This document shows positions 10,892-25,800 of a DNA stretch of 64,000 nt, one piece after another; positions within the stretch are counted from its first letter, which is position 1, and each line of letters begins with the position of its first letter. The translations under genes were made by a program, and so were the position numbers. The DNA is from Verrucomicrobiaceae bacterium (GTDB lineage Bacteria; Verrucomicrobiota; Verrucomicrobiia; Verrucomicrobiales; Verrucomicrobiaceae): the NCBI GenBank assembly GCA_019694165.1, contig JAIBCL010000031.1, positions 7,708 to 71,707 on the forward strand, written 5' to 3'. The notes beneath the pieces are model-generated. The model ran no database searches, was not told where the DNA came from, and worked only from the letters and a program-made list of their open reading frames with translations.

Positions 10892-13800
10892 ATGAACATC
10901 CTTCGCAAACACCGCGCGGCCCTGGCTTCGCTGATGCTCCTCGCCACACTCTTCTGGAGCACGTTTGGCTACGCCGACACGCTCTACAAGACCAACTCGG
11001 GATCGAACACCTATCTCAACGTCCCGTACTCCACGCTTGGGTCGCCGTTGCCCTTCAACCTCACGTATGGCGAGGGCGTGGCCATTTCCGCGGCGGACAT
11101 CCTCGCTTTCAACAACATCGTCAATGTGGCCAGCACCTTCCGTGTCGGTGCCGCGGCCAATGACTCGATCAGCCTCAACGGTATCTCGATGGGCGATGCC
11201 GACGGTGCGGTGACGATTTCCAACGGCTTTGTGACCAGCGGCTCCGACATCTTGGGCCTGACACAGACGATCAAGATCGGCAGCGGTGGCATCGACCTGT
11301 CAAAGGCCGTCAACAATCTGACCATTGGTACGGAGGGAACCACGGCTCAGGGGGGCGTGCTGACGGCTGCCTCCGGCTCGCTTGGCTTTTCCACCCTCGC
11401 CGACCAGACCTGGACCATCCGGAACAACCGCACGTTGACGTTCACCAACACGCCGATAGCTCTCGCCAACAACGTCACCGTGTCCTTCGTCGGCGGCAAC
11501 ACGGGCGGCACCGTGGGCAACGTGGCAGTCAATGGCAACATCAGTGGATCGGGCAATCTGACTCTCACCGGACAGAACGGCGGATCGGGCGGTGTGGTGA
11601 CCCTGTATGGGGACAATTCGAGCTGGACCGGTGGCGCGTCGATCTCGGGCGGCTCGCGCCTGAACCTTGAGTACACCGGTACGCAGAACAAGCTGAACAA
11701 CAGTGGGACGGTGGCCATCAACCGTGGCACGCTGAATCTGCAGGGCACAGGGAGCGGGACGGAAATCGTTGGCGGCCTCACGCTCGGGCAGGGACTGAAC
11801 CAGATGTCTCGGTCCAGTGGTTCCGTGGTTCTGCAAGTCGGTCCGATTACAAGCACCGCAGCGGGGGCAGGACTCAATCTGGGGAACATCGGAACGACCG
11901 CTTCGAACAGTTTCCTCATTACGAGCAATCCGGTCACCAAGGGAACGCTCGGTTCCAATCTGGTGGCCATCAACGCTCTCTCCGGAATCGACTGGGTGAA
12001 GACCGTCGTTTACACGCCGCCCACGGGTCCCAATGAAAGCCGGGTGGTGGCCCTCAGCAGTGGCGACTACACCACGCAGAATAACTTGAACAACTGGACC
12101 AATCCGAATCAGAACATCTTGATCAACGGAGCCACGACCGCCGGTGCGGCGGCACCGCCGACGACCACGACCATCGCCAATCTGAAAGTGGCCCACGCAA
12201 CCCTTCCCGGCACTCAGATCACGGCGAACATCGGAACCGGCAACACGCTCATGCTCAACGACGGCAACAACGGCGGCGGCATCATCCGCAACCAAAACGG
12301 TGCGACGGTCATCGGCAACTTGGCCGGCATCGGTGACAGCAACCTCACCGCCGGCGGCGCCGACGACAACACGAATGACACGCTCAATCTCTGGAATGTG
12401 CAGAACACGATGACGATCCACAGCCTCATCGTGGACAACAACCTGGGCGGCGGTACCGGCGCGCTCCATCTCTTCACCGGCGGCGCGGGCAATGTGCGCC
12501 TGACCGCCGACAACACCTACTCCGGCGGTACCACCATCGCCGCAGGCACGTTGACTCTGGGGGCGAACACTCTTGAATCCGATGCCGCCAACGCCGGCAC
12601 CGGACCGATCACGAACTTCGGCACCTTGTTGATCGACAAGACGAGCACCAGTGTGACGGCCCTGCTCAACAACATTTCGGGCACCGGGTCGCTCACCGTC
12701 AGTCGTGGTTCCGTTGAACTCGACGGCACCAACACCTTCACCGGCGACCTCAACATCGGGGCCGGTGCCACCGTGGTGGCAGGCACCGCCACCGCTTTGT
12801 CCTCCGACAGCCGCGTCGTGATGAACGCCGCGTCCGGCATCCTCGACCTCGCCGCTATGACCGTGAGCCCGACCATCGCGGCGCTCAGCGGCACCCAGGG
12901 CACTGCATCGGTGTCCATCGCAGCCGCGCAGACGCTCACGCTATCCGGTTCTGACAAGGCGCGGCCAGGCGTCAATGACAGCGTTCTCTCCGCCACACCC
13001 CAGGCGTATCAGGGCGGCATCACGGGCGCGGGCGGGCTGGTGAAGAACGGCGTGTTCAATCAGCAGTTCAGCGGCGCCGGCGTGCTGTCCTACACGGGTG
13101 CCACCATCATCAATGCCGGCACCATCGAAACCACGAAGGCCTTCGCCACCAGCGGCATCACGGTCAATGGCAGCGGCGCGTTGATTTCGAATGTGACCAA
13201 TGTCGTTGGCGGCAGCGTGCCGGTCAACCTCGCCGGCTCGGCGTCGAGCTGGACGATCGGCGCCGGATTCAATCAGACAGTCGGCTCGCTGGTCGGCGTG
13301 GCCGGCAGCCGGGTGATCACCGGCGCGGGTGCGAATCTCACCATCGGGAACAACACCGGCAGCGCAAAGACGTTCAGCGGTGTCATTTCCGGTGCGGGCA
13401 ATGTGGTCATCAGCGCGGCCAGTCCCGTTGAATTCACCGGTGGCAACAATTACTCCGGCACCACCACGGTGAACCAGGGCATCCTGCGCGTTGGGGCCAC
13501 CAGCCAGCAGGAAGTGCTGCCGGATGCCACGGCGGTGACGTTGGCGAACACCGCCGGCGTGGCGCTCGATCTCAACGGCAGGCCCGAGACCATCGGCTCC
13601 CTCGCGGGCGGCGGTGCCAGCGGCGGCAATGTGACGCTGGGCGCCACCGGCACGCTGACCATGGGAGGCAACAACGGCACCACCACCTATGGCGGCGTGA
13701 TCAGCGGCGGCACCGCGGGCACCACGGTGATAACGAAGACCGGCAATGGCACGCTCACGCTGTCCGGCACAAACACCTTCGCCGGCAACGTCATCATCCG

Positions 13801-16800
13801 CGGCACGGGAGGCGGCCTCACCCTCTCCGGCGGCACGGCATTGGCTGACACCGTGGGCGTGCACAACACCGGCACGGGCACCACGCTGACCATCATCGGC
13901 AATGAATCGCTCGGCCCGGTCACCGGTGGCGCGGGGACGACGCTTGCGCTCGGCGCCAGCACGCTGACCTCGAGCTATACGAACTCAGCGCCCGCCAACG
14001 TCGCCGTGAGCACCGCCGACACCGATGCCACCGTCCGTGTGGTGAAAAACATCAACACGGCGGGACTCGCGCCCGGGCAGTTGATCACCGCCGCCTCCGG
14101 CATCACCAATGCAGGATCCTACATCGTGCAGATATTGAACGGTGACAGCATCCTCATCAATCAGCTTCCCGGTGCCGCGGCCACGGACATAGCCACAGTG
14201 GCGGTCACCACCGCCGGCGTGTTGGGAAGCCAGGTCACCGGCACCACGGGCGGGTTTGTGAAGACCGGCCCCGGCTTGATGATCTTGTCCGGCAGCAACA
14301 CGTTCAACGGCTCGATCACCATCAACGACGGCACTCTGCGCGCAGGCGGCGGCATCTGGACCGGGTCGAAGTATGCGATCCAGGATACTCTGGGCGACGG
14401 TTCGCCGGTGATCTTCCCGGCCACGGGACTTCAAGTGCTCGAGTTCGCCGTCAATGCGACGAACTTGGCACCCTACGAGCGAGTGCCGTCCATATCTGGC
14501 GGCAGCACGGGTGGCGGCACCTTGGCAGGTACCGGTCCGTTCACGGGATCATACATCAATCTCAGCCCCACGGCCGGATCCACAGCCACTGCCGTGGCTT
14601 TGGCAGTCGGCAACGGAAACACCGACTTCACTTACAACGGCAACATCGGGGGCCTCGTCGGCACGCTGCTGGTCAAAGAGGGAAGCGGTCTGTTTACATG
14701 GAACAACGGGGCAGGCGACTCAAGCATCAGCAATTTTGCGGGAACTTTGCTCATTGATGCCGGCAAAGTGACGGTTGGTGGAGCGACGGGGATGCAATCG
14801 ACCAGCACGCTGCAGATGCAGAACAACAGCACGATTTTCACAAGTACGGTCACGGATGGGATCGGCATTCTGAGCGGTGGTGCCGGCGTCACGCGCCCGT
14901 TCGCCAACGGGCAGGTGGGGGCACTTGCGGGCAATTACATCTCGGGAGTCGCGCCGAGCCTCGTCATCAACACAGGCACGACCTTTACGACCAATTCGAC
15001 GACGAACTCGGCTTTCAACGGCGTCATCTCCGGTGCAGGTGGCTTCACGAAAGCCGGCACCTCGGTATTCGAATTGCGCGGCGCGGCTTCTTACACCGGA
15101 GCGACGACCGTGAGCGCCGGCACGCTGCGCCTCGGCTCGTTTGGCGCGGCCACGGGCCTGGGCGCTCCAGGGAGCGGCGGCTTCGGCAGTCTCGCCACGG
15201 GAACCAGTCTCACGCTTACGGCCTCGGGTGCCACCTTCGACTTGAACAACGCCACGCAGTCGGTCACGCAGATCATTGGCGGCACCTCGGGCAGCACGGT
15301 CGCCGTCGGCAGCGGTTCGCTGACGTTCTCGGCGCAGACCACGCAGTCCAGTTCGACCGCCTTCACCTCGAATGCCAACGGCGTGCTCAACATCAATGGC
15401 AGCGGCAATCTCACGCTGGCTGTGGCGCAGCCTGGCTATTCCGGTCGGATCAACATCGGCACGGGGCAGACGCTTACCCTCGGCGCCGGCGGCACCAATG
15501 CGGCGCGCGTCAATCTGGCGACCGGGGCCACCTTTGCCCTGGGTGCCAGCCAGTCGGGAACCATCGGCTCGCTCTCTGGCTCGGGTACGCTCAGCGTGCC
15601 TACGGCCACCTTCGGCCTGACTGTCAATCAAGGAGGCGGCCTCGGCAGCGGTGCGTTTTCCGGCGCGATTACGGGCGCCGGCTTTCTGACGGTGCAGGAC
15701 GGCAGTCTGAAGCTCGCCGGCAACAACACGAGCACCGGCGGCCTGAACCTCACGCGCGGCACGCTGTTCCTCGATTATTCGACCGGAGCCACGAACATCG
15801 TGCCGAACACCGGGGCCTTGACGCTGAGTGGTGGGATGCTCTTGCTCAAGGGCAACAACACAGGTGATTCCGCCGCCAGCACCACGCTGAATGCCGGAGC
15901 GTCGTTCATCGGCGCGCCTGCCGGCGACGGCTCGCGGCTCAATCTTGGTGCCATCACCCGCACGGTGGCGGGTGGCACGCTCCAAGTGATGGGTAATGGA
16001 ACCGGCAGCGGTGCCGCCACCAGCAACGCGGCTGGATTCATCGGCGGTTACGCGACTTTTGGTTCAAGCTATCTGGCCGAAAGCTGGGCCGTGTCCAACG
16101 GCGCGGCTGCCGCGATCACTGCCTTGCCTCTGGGTTCCTACGTCGGGACGTGGTCGGGCACGAACCACACGGACGTGAACTCGAGCATCTCCGCCACGGG
16201 CACTACACAGACGGTGCGGTTCAATGCCAACGCTGCCAACACGATCACCCTGACCGGTAATGCCACGGTGAGCTCCGGCGGCATCCTTTTGACCGAGAAT
16301 GTGGGCAACAACCCTTCGACGATCACGACCGGCGGTGCCTTCACGCTGGCTGGTAACGGCACCGATCTGATCGTGCATCAATACAATGCATATAACAGCT
16401 TGCTGCTCGACGTGGTCCTCGCCTCCGGCGGCCTCACCACCGCCGGGCCTGGCACGGTGATCCTGCCGCGCGATCAGACCGCCACAGGTGCCGTGGCCAT
16501 TGGCGCGGGCGGGAAGCTGCAGGTGGGCAGTGGCGGCACCACCGGTACGCTGCCCACCGGAGCTGTCACCCTGCTTGGCGTGCTGGACTTCAATCGATCC
16601 AATGCGGCCACGGTGGCCAACTCACTCACGGGCGGCGGATGGCTCATCCAGGAAGGCGCAGGGGCGCTCACCTTGAGCGGAGCCAGCGCCTCTTTCTCCG
16701 GCCGCATCTCGGTGAAGAACGGCTCGATCATCATCACGCGCAACACCTCGGTGGGGTCCACCCTCTCGGGTGTGGCCGGCATTTCGTCGGTCGAGAGCGG

Positions 16801-19800
16801 GGCCACTTATGATCTTGGCAACGGCACCGACATCAGCGGCAGCGCCACCATCGCCGAGGGCATCTTCTTGAAGGGCGGCACGCTGCGGGACAACACCACC
16901 ACCGCCGCCCAGACGGCGCACACGGGAGTGCTCGGGCTGCTCGGGGCGACGAATACGCTCGCATCCGTGACCGCCACGGACCGCTTCCGCATCCAGTCTC
17001 AGATTCTAGGCATGCCCGACACTTCGGCCTCCGCCGGCGCGCAACCGGCAGGTCTGGTGGTCGGCGGTGCCGGCATCACGAGCATCGAAAACGTGGCCAA
17101 CCAGGTTTTCGGCACCGTGACGATCAACAATGGCGCGACGCTGAGCGTGGGTGATGCGGTGGCCGGCTCCGCTGGCACGCTCGGCGGGCGGATGGACATC
17201 ATCGACAACGGCACGTTGAGCTACAGCAGCAACGACGCGCACCTCGTGGTGGGAAATGCAATCTCTGGCAGCGGCGTGCTCCGCGTTCTGCGCAACAACG
17301 TTTATCTCACCGCAAACAACACCGTTTCCGGCGGCACCACGGTCGGTAGTCTCACCACCGGCACCGTCACCGATGGCGTGGTCCTGAACATCGGCAATGA
17401 TACTTACACAGGAAGCGCGGGCACGGGAACGCTCACGCTCCAGGCACCCACGGATGCGAGCGTGAACGTGCGTACCCACCGCAACGACGACATCACGATC
17501 AGCAGTCTGGTGCTCAATCCCAACAATCCGTCCGGCACGGCGCGCAACGCGACTTTCTTCCGCGCGGGACTCGGTTCGGTCACTCTCGGGAACATCACGG
17601 TAGGGCAAACCGCCACGCCTGGCGGCACACAGCGTGCCATCGTCCAGACCGACGCAGGCGGGAAGCTGAACTTCAGCGGTACGCTGACCGCCGGTGCGAA
17701 CAACCTGATGAACATCGTGAACAACAATGCCGTGGCCTTCACCGGCAGCGCCAGCAACACCTACGACGGCGTTCTATCGGGCAACAACGTCTGGGCCTTT
17801 GGCAACACTGGCACCACCACGCTCACCGGAGTGAACACGTTCAACACCACGGCCTACCTCCAGCGCGGCACCCTGGTGATGAACAACAGCCTCGGCACCG
17901 CCATGAACGATGACGTGGACGTCCAGGTGCTGCGCGGCACCACGCTGCAGGCAAACACGTTCGAAACCATCGGCGCGCTCTACACTCAGAAAGGCGGCAC
18001 CGTCAGTGTTGCCGCCGGCCAGCGGCTGACGATGGATGACAACACAAACCAGGCGAACTGGGGAACGTTGACCGGCGCGGGCGACATCAAGTTCGATGCC
18101 ACGGGCGGTGCCGCATGGTACACCCTGCTGCAGAACAACAACACCTTCAGCGGCAAGCCCGTCATCGGCAGCAGTTCACAGATCAGCTCGGTACAGGTGA
18201 CCAGCCTGACCAATGCCGGCCTGCCCAGTTCGCTGGGCACCGGGTCGGTGATCGCGCTGGGCCAGCCCTACAGTGCGCAGGAAGCCCGCCTGGAGTACAT
18301 CGGCGCCGGCAGCACCACCAACCGCACCATCGAACTCGGCGGCGGCCTCGTGACCTCGCTCGCGAAGACGACCGGCGGCGCCACCACGAGCAGCACCACG
18401 TTGACCTTGACCGATGTGACCAATGTGGCTGTCGGCATGATCATCTCGGGCACGGGCATCACGGCGGGCACCAAGATCACGGCCATCGACGTGCCCAGCA
18501 AGACGCTGACCCTCGACACTGCGGCCACGGTTGCCGCCGCTGCCGCGGTGAATTTCTTTGCGGCCACCAAGACCTCGGGCACCGCCATCACGAACTCGAC
18601 CACCATCCCGATTGCCGATACGTCGGGCCTCGCCACCGGCATGTTCGTTCAAGGTACCGGGATTCAGGTTGGGTCGAAGATCACCTCGGTGGGCGCCAGT
18701 TCCATCACCATCGACAATCCGGCCACCGTAGCCGCCGCTGCCGCCTTGAGCTTTTACTCGGTCTTCACCCCGAGTGCCACGGCCACCACGCTGCGCATCG
18801 AGGCCGGCGGCACCGGGCCGCTGGTGCTCAATGGCCCGATCAATGCCGTGAGCGAGGGCCCCAAGATTCTCGTCCTCCACGGCCAGAACGCCGACGCCAA
18901 CACGATCAATGGTGTCATCAATCAGACTTACCTCGGCTCCGGCTCGCTGTCGATCAACGTCAATCCCAACGTCGCTGACGATGACCGCTACGGTTTTGGC
19001 CGCTGGGTCCTGACCAACGGCGGCAACAATTTCAGTGGCAACACGACCCTGACCACCGGCACGCTCGAATTGAAGGGTGACCTCAAGACCGGCGTGGAAA
19101 CCACCAGCGTGTTTGGCGACCTCAGCGCCACGCGGCAGATTTCGATGGGCATCGCCGGCTTCAACGGCCGGCGCTATGACAATCAGGGCGGCGGTGACAA
19201 CCTCGGCGCGGCAGCGAACGTCGGCTCCATGGGCACGTTGGTCTTCAACGATCCCAATCCCGGGACGGCCACTCTCGGGCCGAACATCACCTTCTTCTCC
19301 GCCTCCAACAGCACCACCAATCCCGGCCGCGCGCAGATCGTCAACGACGGCACGAAGGTGATCGTGCTGCAGGGGAACTTCACCGCCGCCAACGCCGGCG
19401 CGCGCGCATGGACCCTCGACGGCACCAATACCGGCATCAACACCATCAGCGGCATCATCTCGGATACGGCCAATGACGGTGAGTCCGTGTCCATCATCAA
19501 GGAAGGCATCGGCACTTGGCGGCTGAGCGGTGCGAACACCTTCGAGGGTGGCGTCACCATCACACGCGGTGTTTTGCAGGTTGCCGGCGGTACCGCGCTT
19601 AACGACGCTGCGACCGTTACGGTCAGCGATGCGGGTGCGGACGGCCTTGCGACGATCAATCACGGCACTTTCCAGGTAGTCACCTCGGAGACGATCGGCG
19701 AGCTCGCCGGCAACATCGGGGCCACCACGATCATTGATGCGGGGCAGACGCTCACCTTGGCTGGTACCAGCGGCACGTTCAGCGGCGTCATCACCGGTGG

Positions 19801-22800
19801 CGGTGGCATCACCAAGACGGTGACGACCATCAACGGTGCCACCTCGGCCGGGACGCTCACGGTTCCGAACCTGAACACCTACACAGGTCCCACCCAGATC
19901 GGTACGCATGTCGTGTCCGCCATTCCAGGGGCCTCGTTTACGGCGGGGGCAGCATCAACGGTGTCTGTGGTCTATCTGGCCAATGGCGGCCAGCCCAGCG
20001 GCATCGGTGCGTCGAGCAATGCGGCGGCGAATCTCATCTTGAGCAATGGCGCAAATACCAGCGGCGGCCTGAATTGGACCGGCTTCACCAACCAGTCCAC
20101 CGACCGCCTCTTCACGATGGGCACGGGTGTCGGTGCGGCGACGATTACGGCGAACGGCACTGTCGTGGGAACCAATGCACCGGCGCTGACCTTCAGCAAC
20201 ACAGGGGCCATCGCCTTCCTGGCGACGAACCAAACCGGCACGCTCCAACTCGGCGGCGGCACGATCAGCGACAACACGTTCAGCCCACAGATCACCAACA
20301 ACGGCAGCAGCGCCATTTCCGTGTCGAAGATCGACGCCGGCATGTGGTTGATGACAAATTCCACCAGCTCGTACACCGGTGGCACAATCATCAATGCCGG
20401 CACGCTCGCCGTGACCGCCGGTGGTGCCCTCGGCACGGGCAACGTGGCCATCCGCGGCGGCGCGGGCAACGGCCTCCAGCTTCGCGGCGGTGTGACTTTG
20501 GCCAACAACATCGACTATTCACCTTTCTCCACTTCAACCTCCGACGGCGGGATCGGTGCCACGGGCGGCGGCGTGAACACGATCAGCGGCACACTCGCGT
20601 TCAACCAGACCAACGGCGGCACGCCAGGTGCGGCGGCCAGCGCCGTGCTGAGCAACTTCCGCATCGGCGTGGATGCGGGCACCACGCTGGACTTCACCGG
20701 CAAATGGACCGGCGCGGGCATCTCGGGCACCAATGGGACGGGCACCATCACGAAGTTCGGCCCCGGCACGCTCACGCTCTCTGGCGCGAACGACTACATC
20801 GCCGGCAACATCACCGTGGCCGGCGGCACTTTGAAGCTGAACTACGCAGCGCAGAACAACAGCAAGTTGGTGGACAGCGGCACCCTCACCCTCGGCGGAG
20901 CGGGTGCGTTCACCGGCCTCGGGGTGGACGACAACGTGGCGGGTCAGTCGAACGTCACCGGACTTTCCGGAGGTCGGGTGACTCTGAGCGGAGCAGCCAA
21001 TCACGCCGAGATCGTCGGCGCGACCACCGTCGGCATCGGCTCGAACTCGGTGACGCGGGACGCCGGCAGCAGCGCGTTGCTGCACCTCAACGCCATCAGC
21101 CGCAGTGTCGGCGGCACGCTGGATGTCGGTGCGGCCGGCTTTGGCATCACGGACACGACGAACAGCACCGCCGGCATTCTCGGCGGCTGGGCCACGGTCG
21201 GCAAGACGGACTGGGCCGTGACCGCAGGTGCCTTGAGCATCGGTTCGGTCGCGTGGACGACGGGGACGAACACCATCAGCACCGGAGCGCTCCCGAACGG
21301 GACACCCATTGAGTTTTCCGGCAACATCCCCAACGGCCTTGTGGGCGGGAAGCTCTACTTCATCGTGAACAACACCGGGGCCACCAGCCAGGTTTCGCTC
21401 ACGGTCGGCGGTACGCCGGAAACCATCACCGCGAGCGGATCGAACGGGACCATCGACCGCCGCGCATTCATCACCGCGTTGCCCGCAGCCGGTTACAACA
21501 ACGGCCTGGCCACGGACACCTACGGGCTGAACTTCAACACCGACGTCATCAACTTCACCACGCCCACGGACGTGGACGTGACTCCAGGGGTGATCACGAA
21601 CACCATGCGCTTCAATCAGGCCGGCACCCACACGCTGACGCTGACGGATGATCTCTTCCTGCAAACAGGCGGCATCCTCGTCACGCCGAATTCCGGCAAT
21701 GTGACCATTGCGGGCGCCACCCTTCAAAACAATGCCACCGGCGGCGGCCTGGAGGCGGTGGTCATCCAGCAGCACAGCGCCAACGGGCTGCAGATCGACT
21801 CCGTGATCCAGAACAACCAGACTTCCTTCCCCCTCGTGAATGCCCAGGGCATCACCAAGTCCGGCACGGGCAAGGTGATTCTCAACGCCATCAACACCTA
21901 CACCGGCACCATCAACCTGAACGAAGGCGAGCTTCAGGTCGGCGGCACCCTCGCCGCGCCGGGCACTCCCACCAATGCCATGCTCGGCGGCGGCAACAAC
22001 GCGCTGAACATTGCACAGGGCGCGCAGCTCACCGTCAACTCATCGAACCCGTCCGCCCTCGACCTCGGCACCATCCAGGGCGGCGGCAATATCGTGACCA
22101 CGGCGGCGAACACGCAGCCGCTGCTTCTCGACGGCGCGAATGGCAACTGGACCGGTGAACTGACGGTGGGAGCCAATACGTTGCTGCGCGTGGCCACTGA
22201 CAACAACGCCCTCGGCAGCAACCGCGGGCGCACCACTCTGGCCAGCGGCGTGGTGATGCAGATCGAGGACGCACGCTCGCTCAATGAACTCATCACCTTC
22301 GGCACCACGAACACCGTGCGTATCCTCGCCGCCCTTGCGCAGGACACCACGAACGCCGTCACGCTCAGCGGCGTGCTCACCTTCAACAACACCTCGGCAG
22401 CCGGCCTCGTCTTCGATACGCAGATCGGGGCGCTGAACACCAGCTCATCCCTCACGCTGTCCGGATTGCTCCAGGGATCCAACGGCTTTACCAAGACCGG
22501 TGCAGGGCTGCTTACCATCAGCGGGAACAATTTCACCGACGCCATCGCCGGCACCACGGCCATTAACAAGACGCCTTCGCTCTTCGGCCAGATCCGCATC
22601 AATGAGGGCGAGCTGCGCATCGGCAATGCACGGGCCTTGGGCGCCACGGGCGTGGGCAACGAGACCGTCATCGCCAGCGGCGCATCCTTCGACCTCCGCG
22701 GCAATTCCCTGAACTTCGGTGACGACGACAACCCGACGCGCGAGATCATCAGCATCGCCGGCACCGGCCTCAACGGCCAGGGTGCGCTGCGCAACTCCAC

Positions 22801-25800
22801 GGGCACGGCGAACTTCTCGAATCTCCAGCTCACTGGCAACGCCACCATCAGCGGCGGCGGCTTCGCCAACGGCTCCATCCTCAGCCTGACCACCTACGAC
22901 ACGAACACCAACAATGGCTCCACGCTCGATGGCAACTTCACCCGCGTGCGTCCCACCATCAACGGCGGTGGATTTGATCTCACGATCTTCGGCGGCCGCA
23001 TGCAGGACAGCGTGATCCTCCAGGATCCGTCCTTCACATCCGCGCTGAACAAGATCGTCATCCGCGAGGGTGGCCTGCGCATCGACAAGGCGGTCGGGCC
23101 GGTGTCCACCTTCTCCGGCATCACGGCGGCCAATGTGACCAACGGCATCGAGATCGGCTACGGTGGCGCGGGCCTTGCCGACCTGCTCACGCCGGCGGCG
23201 GGCGTCGGCCCCAACGTCGGTGCGCGTCTGAATCTGCTCAACAACTGGGACGTCCATCACACCGTCGCGATCACAATGAACGGCGTGCTCGCCGCCGCGA
23301 ACAACGGCGTGAACTACATCGACACATCGGCGGCCACCATCCCGAGTTCGCGCACCTATCTGGATGGTGCCATCACGCTTAGCGGCGCCGCCATGCGGAA
23401 CGTCTTCAACATCGACTCCGCCACCTCGAACAACACGGTGACCGAGCAGGGGAACCTCACCGCCTCGCTCCAGAGCAAGCTCATCGTCGGCGGTGCCATC
23501 GGCGGCTCCGGCGGCTTCACGAAGACCGGCTTCCGCGAGCTGCGCCTCACGAACAACAACACCTTCTCGGGCGACCTCAACGTTCTCCGCTTCGGCTTCA
23601 CCTCCGTGCCCTGGCAGACGAACACGGTCAACGTCAATGGCGTGGACTACCTCACCTTGGGTGATGCCGAGGGCTGGTCCGAGTACGGCCTCACGCTCAG
23701 CGGCCAAAACGGCGCGGTGTCCGGCACCGGAAATATCAACCTCGAGCGCCGCGGCATGATCACTCTGGACAACACCACGCGCCTCGACCTCACCTCACTG
23801 GTGACGGGCGGCAACAACAACGACCGCATCAACGACGCCGCGAACATCCTGCTCAATCACGGCTGGCTGCGCATCATCGGCGGCACGGTGGACAACACCG
23901 AGTCCCTGGCCACCGCTTTCGGCGCGAAGGTGCAGGTGCAGTCCGGCACGAACATCCTCGACCTGCTGCCCACCGAGGGCGCGGGCGCGAGCATGACGCT
24001 CACCATCGGCGAGATCAGCCGTTCGGCGGGTGGTGTGCTGCGCCTCGTGGATCTGGATTCCACCTCCACTTTCAGCACCGCCGGCGGCGCGGACAGCGTG
24101 CGCGTGGCGCTCGGGTCCATCGGCACGCTCGCACAAACTGGCGCGGGCACGGGCGCGACGGACAAGAACGTGGTCATCGGTCTCTTCGGCGGCATCATCC
24201 CGCATACGATGGGTGATGACACCCGCCTGCTGGCCTTCAACAACGGCAATGCCGCCGATCCGCTCAATCAGCAGCGCAATCTCCAGTTCATCTCCGGCTC
24301 GCACTTCATGACCTATGACGGCGGCTTCCTCCGGCCGCTGGACGACTCGGAGTACTTCACTCCTTCCGACGGCCTCATCTCCACCGCGAACGGTGCGGCA
24401 GGCCAGAACGTGAACCTCACGGACATCCTCAGCCTTGAGAACGGGAGCACCTTGATCAATGCGCTGCGCTTCGGTCCGGCGGCCGACAACAACGGATCCG
24501 GTGGCGCGATCAACTCCGGCACGAAACTCACCGACTACACGCAGGGGCACGTCGTGCAGCTTGGCATCGACGGCACGCTCTCCATTGCCTCCGGCATGAT
24601 CAGCAGCGCCTACTTCACGGTGGGGAACTCCGCCGACCTGCGCACCATCACCTTCGGCGGCAGCATCGATTTCGGCAGCAGCGAGGCCATCATAAACAAC
24701 CAGAACGGCATGGTGAACCTGACCAACGGTGCCATCACCAACGGCAACTTCGAAATCCGCTCGAACATCCTCGGCACCGGCGGACTCACCAAGACCGGCC
24801 CGAGCCAGGTCGTGCTCGACGGCGCGAACACCTACACCGGAGTGACGACCATCAGCGACGGTGCGATCTTCGGACGCAATGGCAAGAGCAGCTTCGGCGC
24901 GAGCGGCGCGGGCAACGGCATCGTCGTCACCGGCAACGGTTCCTTGAACACCGGCAGCGGCATGAGAGTCGGCTCCGTCGCGCAGCCAGAGGACATCCTT
25001 GTGAAGGCCCTCCAGGGCAGCCAGGCTGTGATGGGGGTAAATGACGACCTCACGAATTGGTACGGCGACCTGATCATCGACAACGTGGACGCCGCCCGAC
25101 AGGTGCTCTTCACGCCGGTCGTCAGCTTCGGTACCGGCGCCACCTACCTCATGAACGGTGACATCTACGGCGGCACCAGCCCCGTGGTCAGCGACATCAA
25201 CGCCATCGACTCCCGCCTCGTGCAGTTTAACGGCGGCACCAACAGCACCTTCATCATGCGCGGCCAGATTGGCGACCGCGGCGTGGCCGGCGCTCCCGTG
25301 CCCATTGCCGATCCCATCTCCACGCTCCCTACGCTGGCCGGCACCCGCACCAACGAGAACGAAGTCCTCCGCGTGAACCTGACCGGAAATGGCGAGACAA
25401 ACTTCATCCTCGACCGTCAGTACAATGCCGCGGGCCGCCTGACGACCATCGCCGGCTTCATGCTCGTGAACTACGATCCCGCCGCCGCCGGCAATGACGG
25501 CACTGGTTTCTGGACAAACACGGCCATCAGCAAGATTCCGAATGCCGACTCGAACAACACGACCTTTGCGCTCAATGGCAGCACTTCGCAGCAGGGCTTC
25601 GCGCTCAGTGGCGACGTGAATTCGGGCGTGTTCCTGATGCGTGCGGGCCAGTCCTTCAACATGTCGAACTGGATATCCGCCTCGGGCGGAAACGGCACCA
25701 AATACATCGGCGGCCTGAACGAGTCCGGCACCGTGACCTATGGCAATGGATTCGGCAGCCTGGCCATCAGCGGTCTCGCCGCCCAGCTCTACGCGGCGGC

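Noticed and set aside
18115-18978. His/Arg-rich 287-aa ORF (HHHEQHHVDLD...) and the 412-aa ORF at 20074-21312 inside gene B
   Set aside because: They are frame-shifted readings of GGC/ACC/GAC-rich repeat codons of the giant gene. The low-complexity composition is an artefact.
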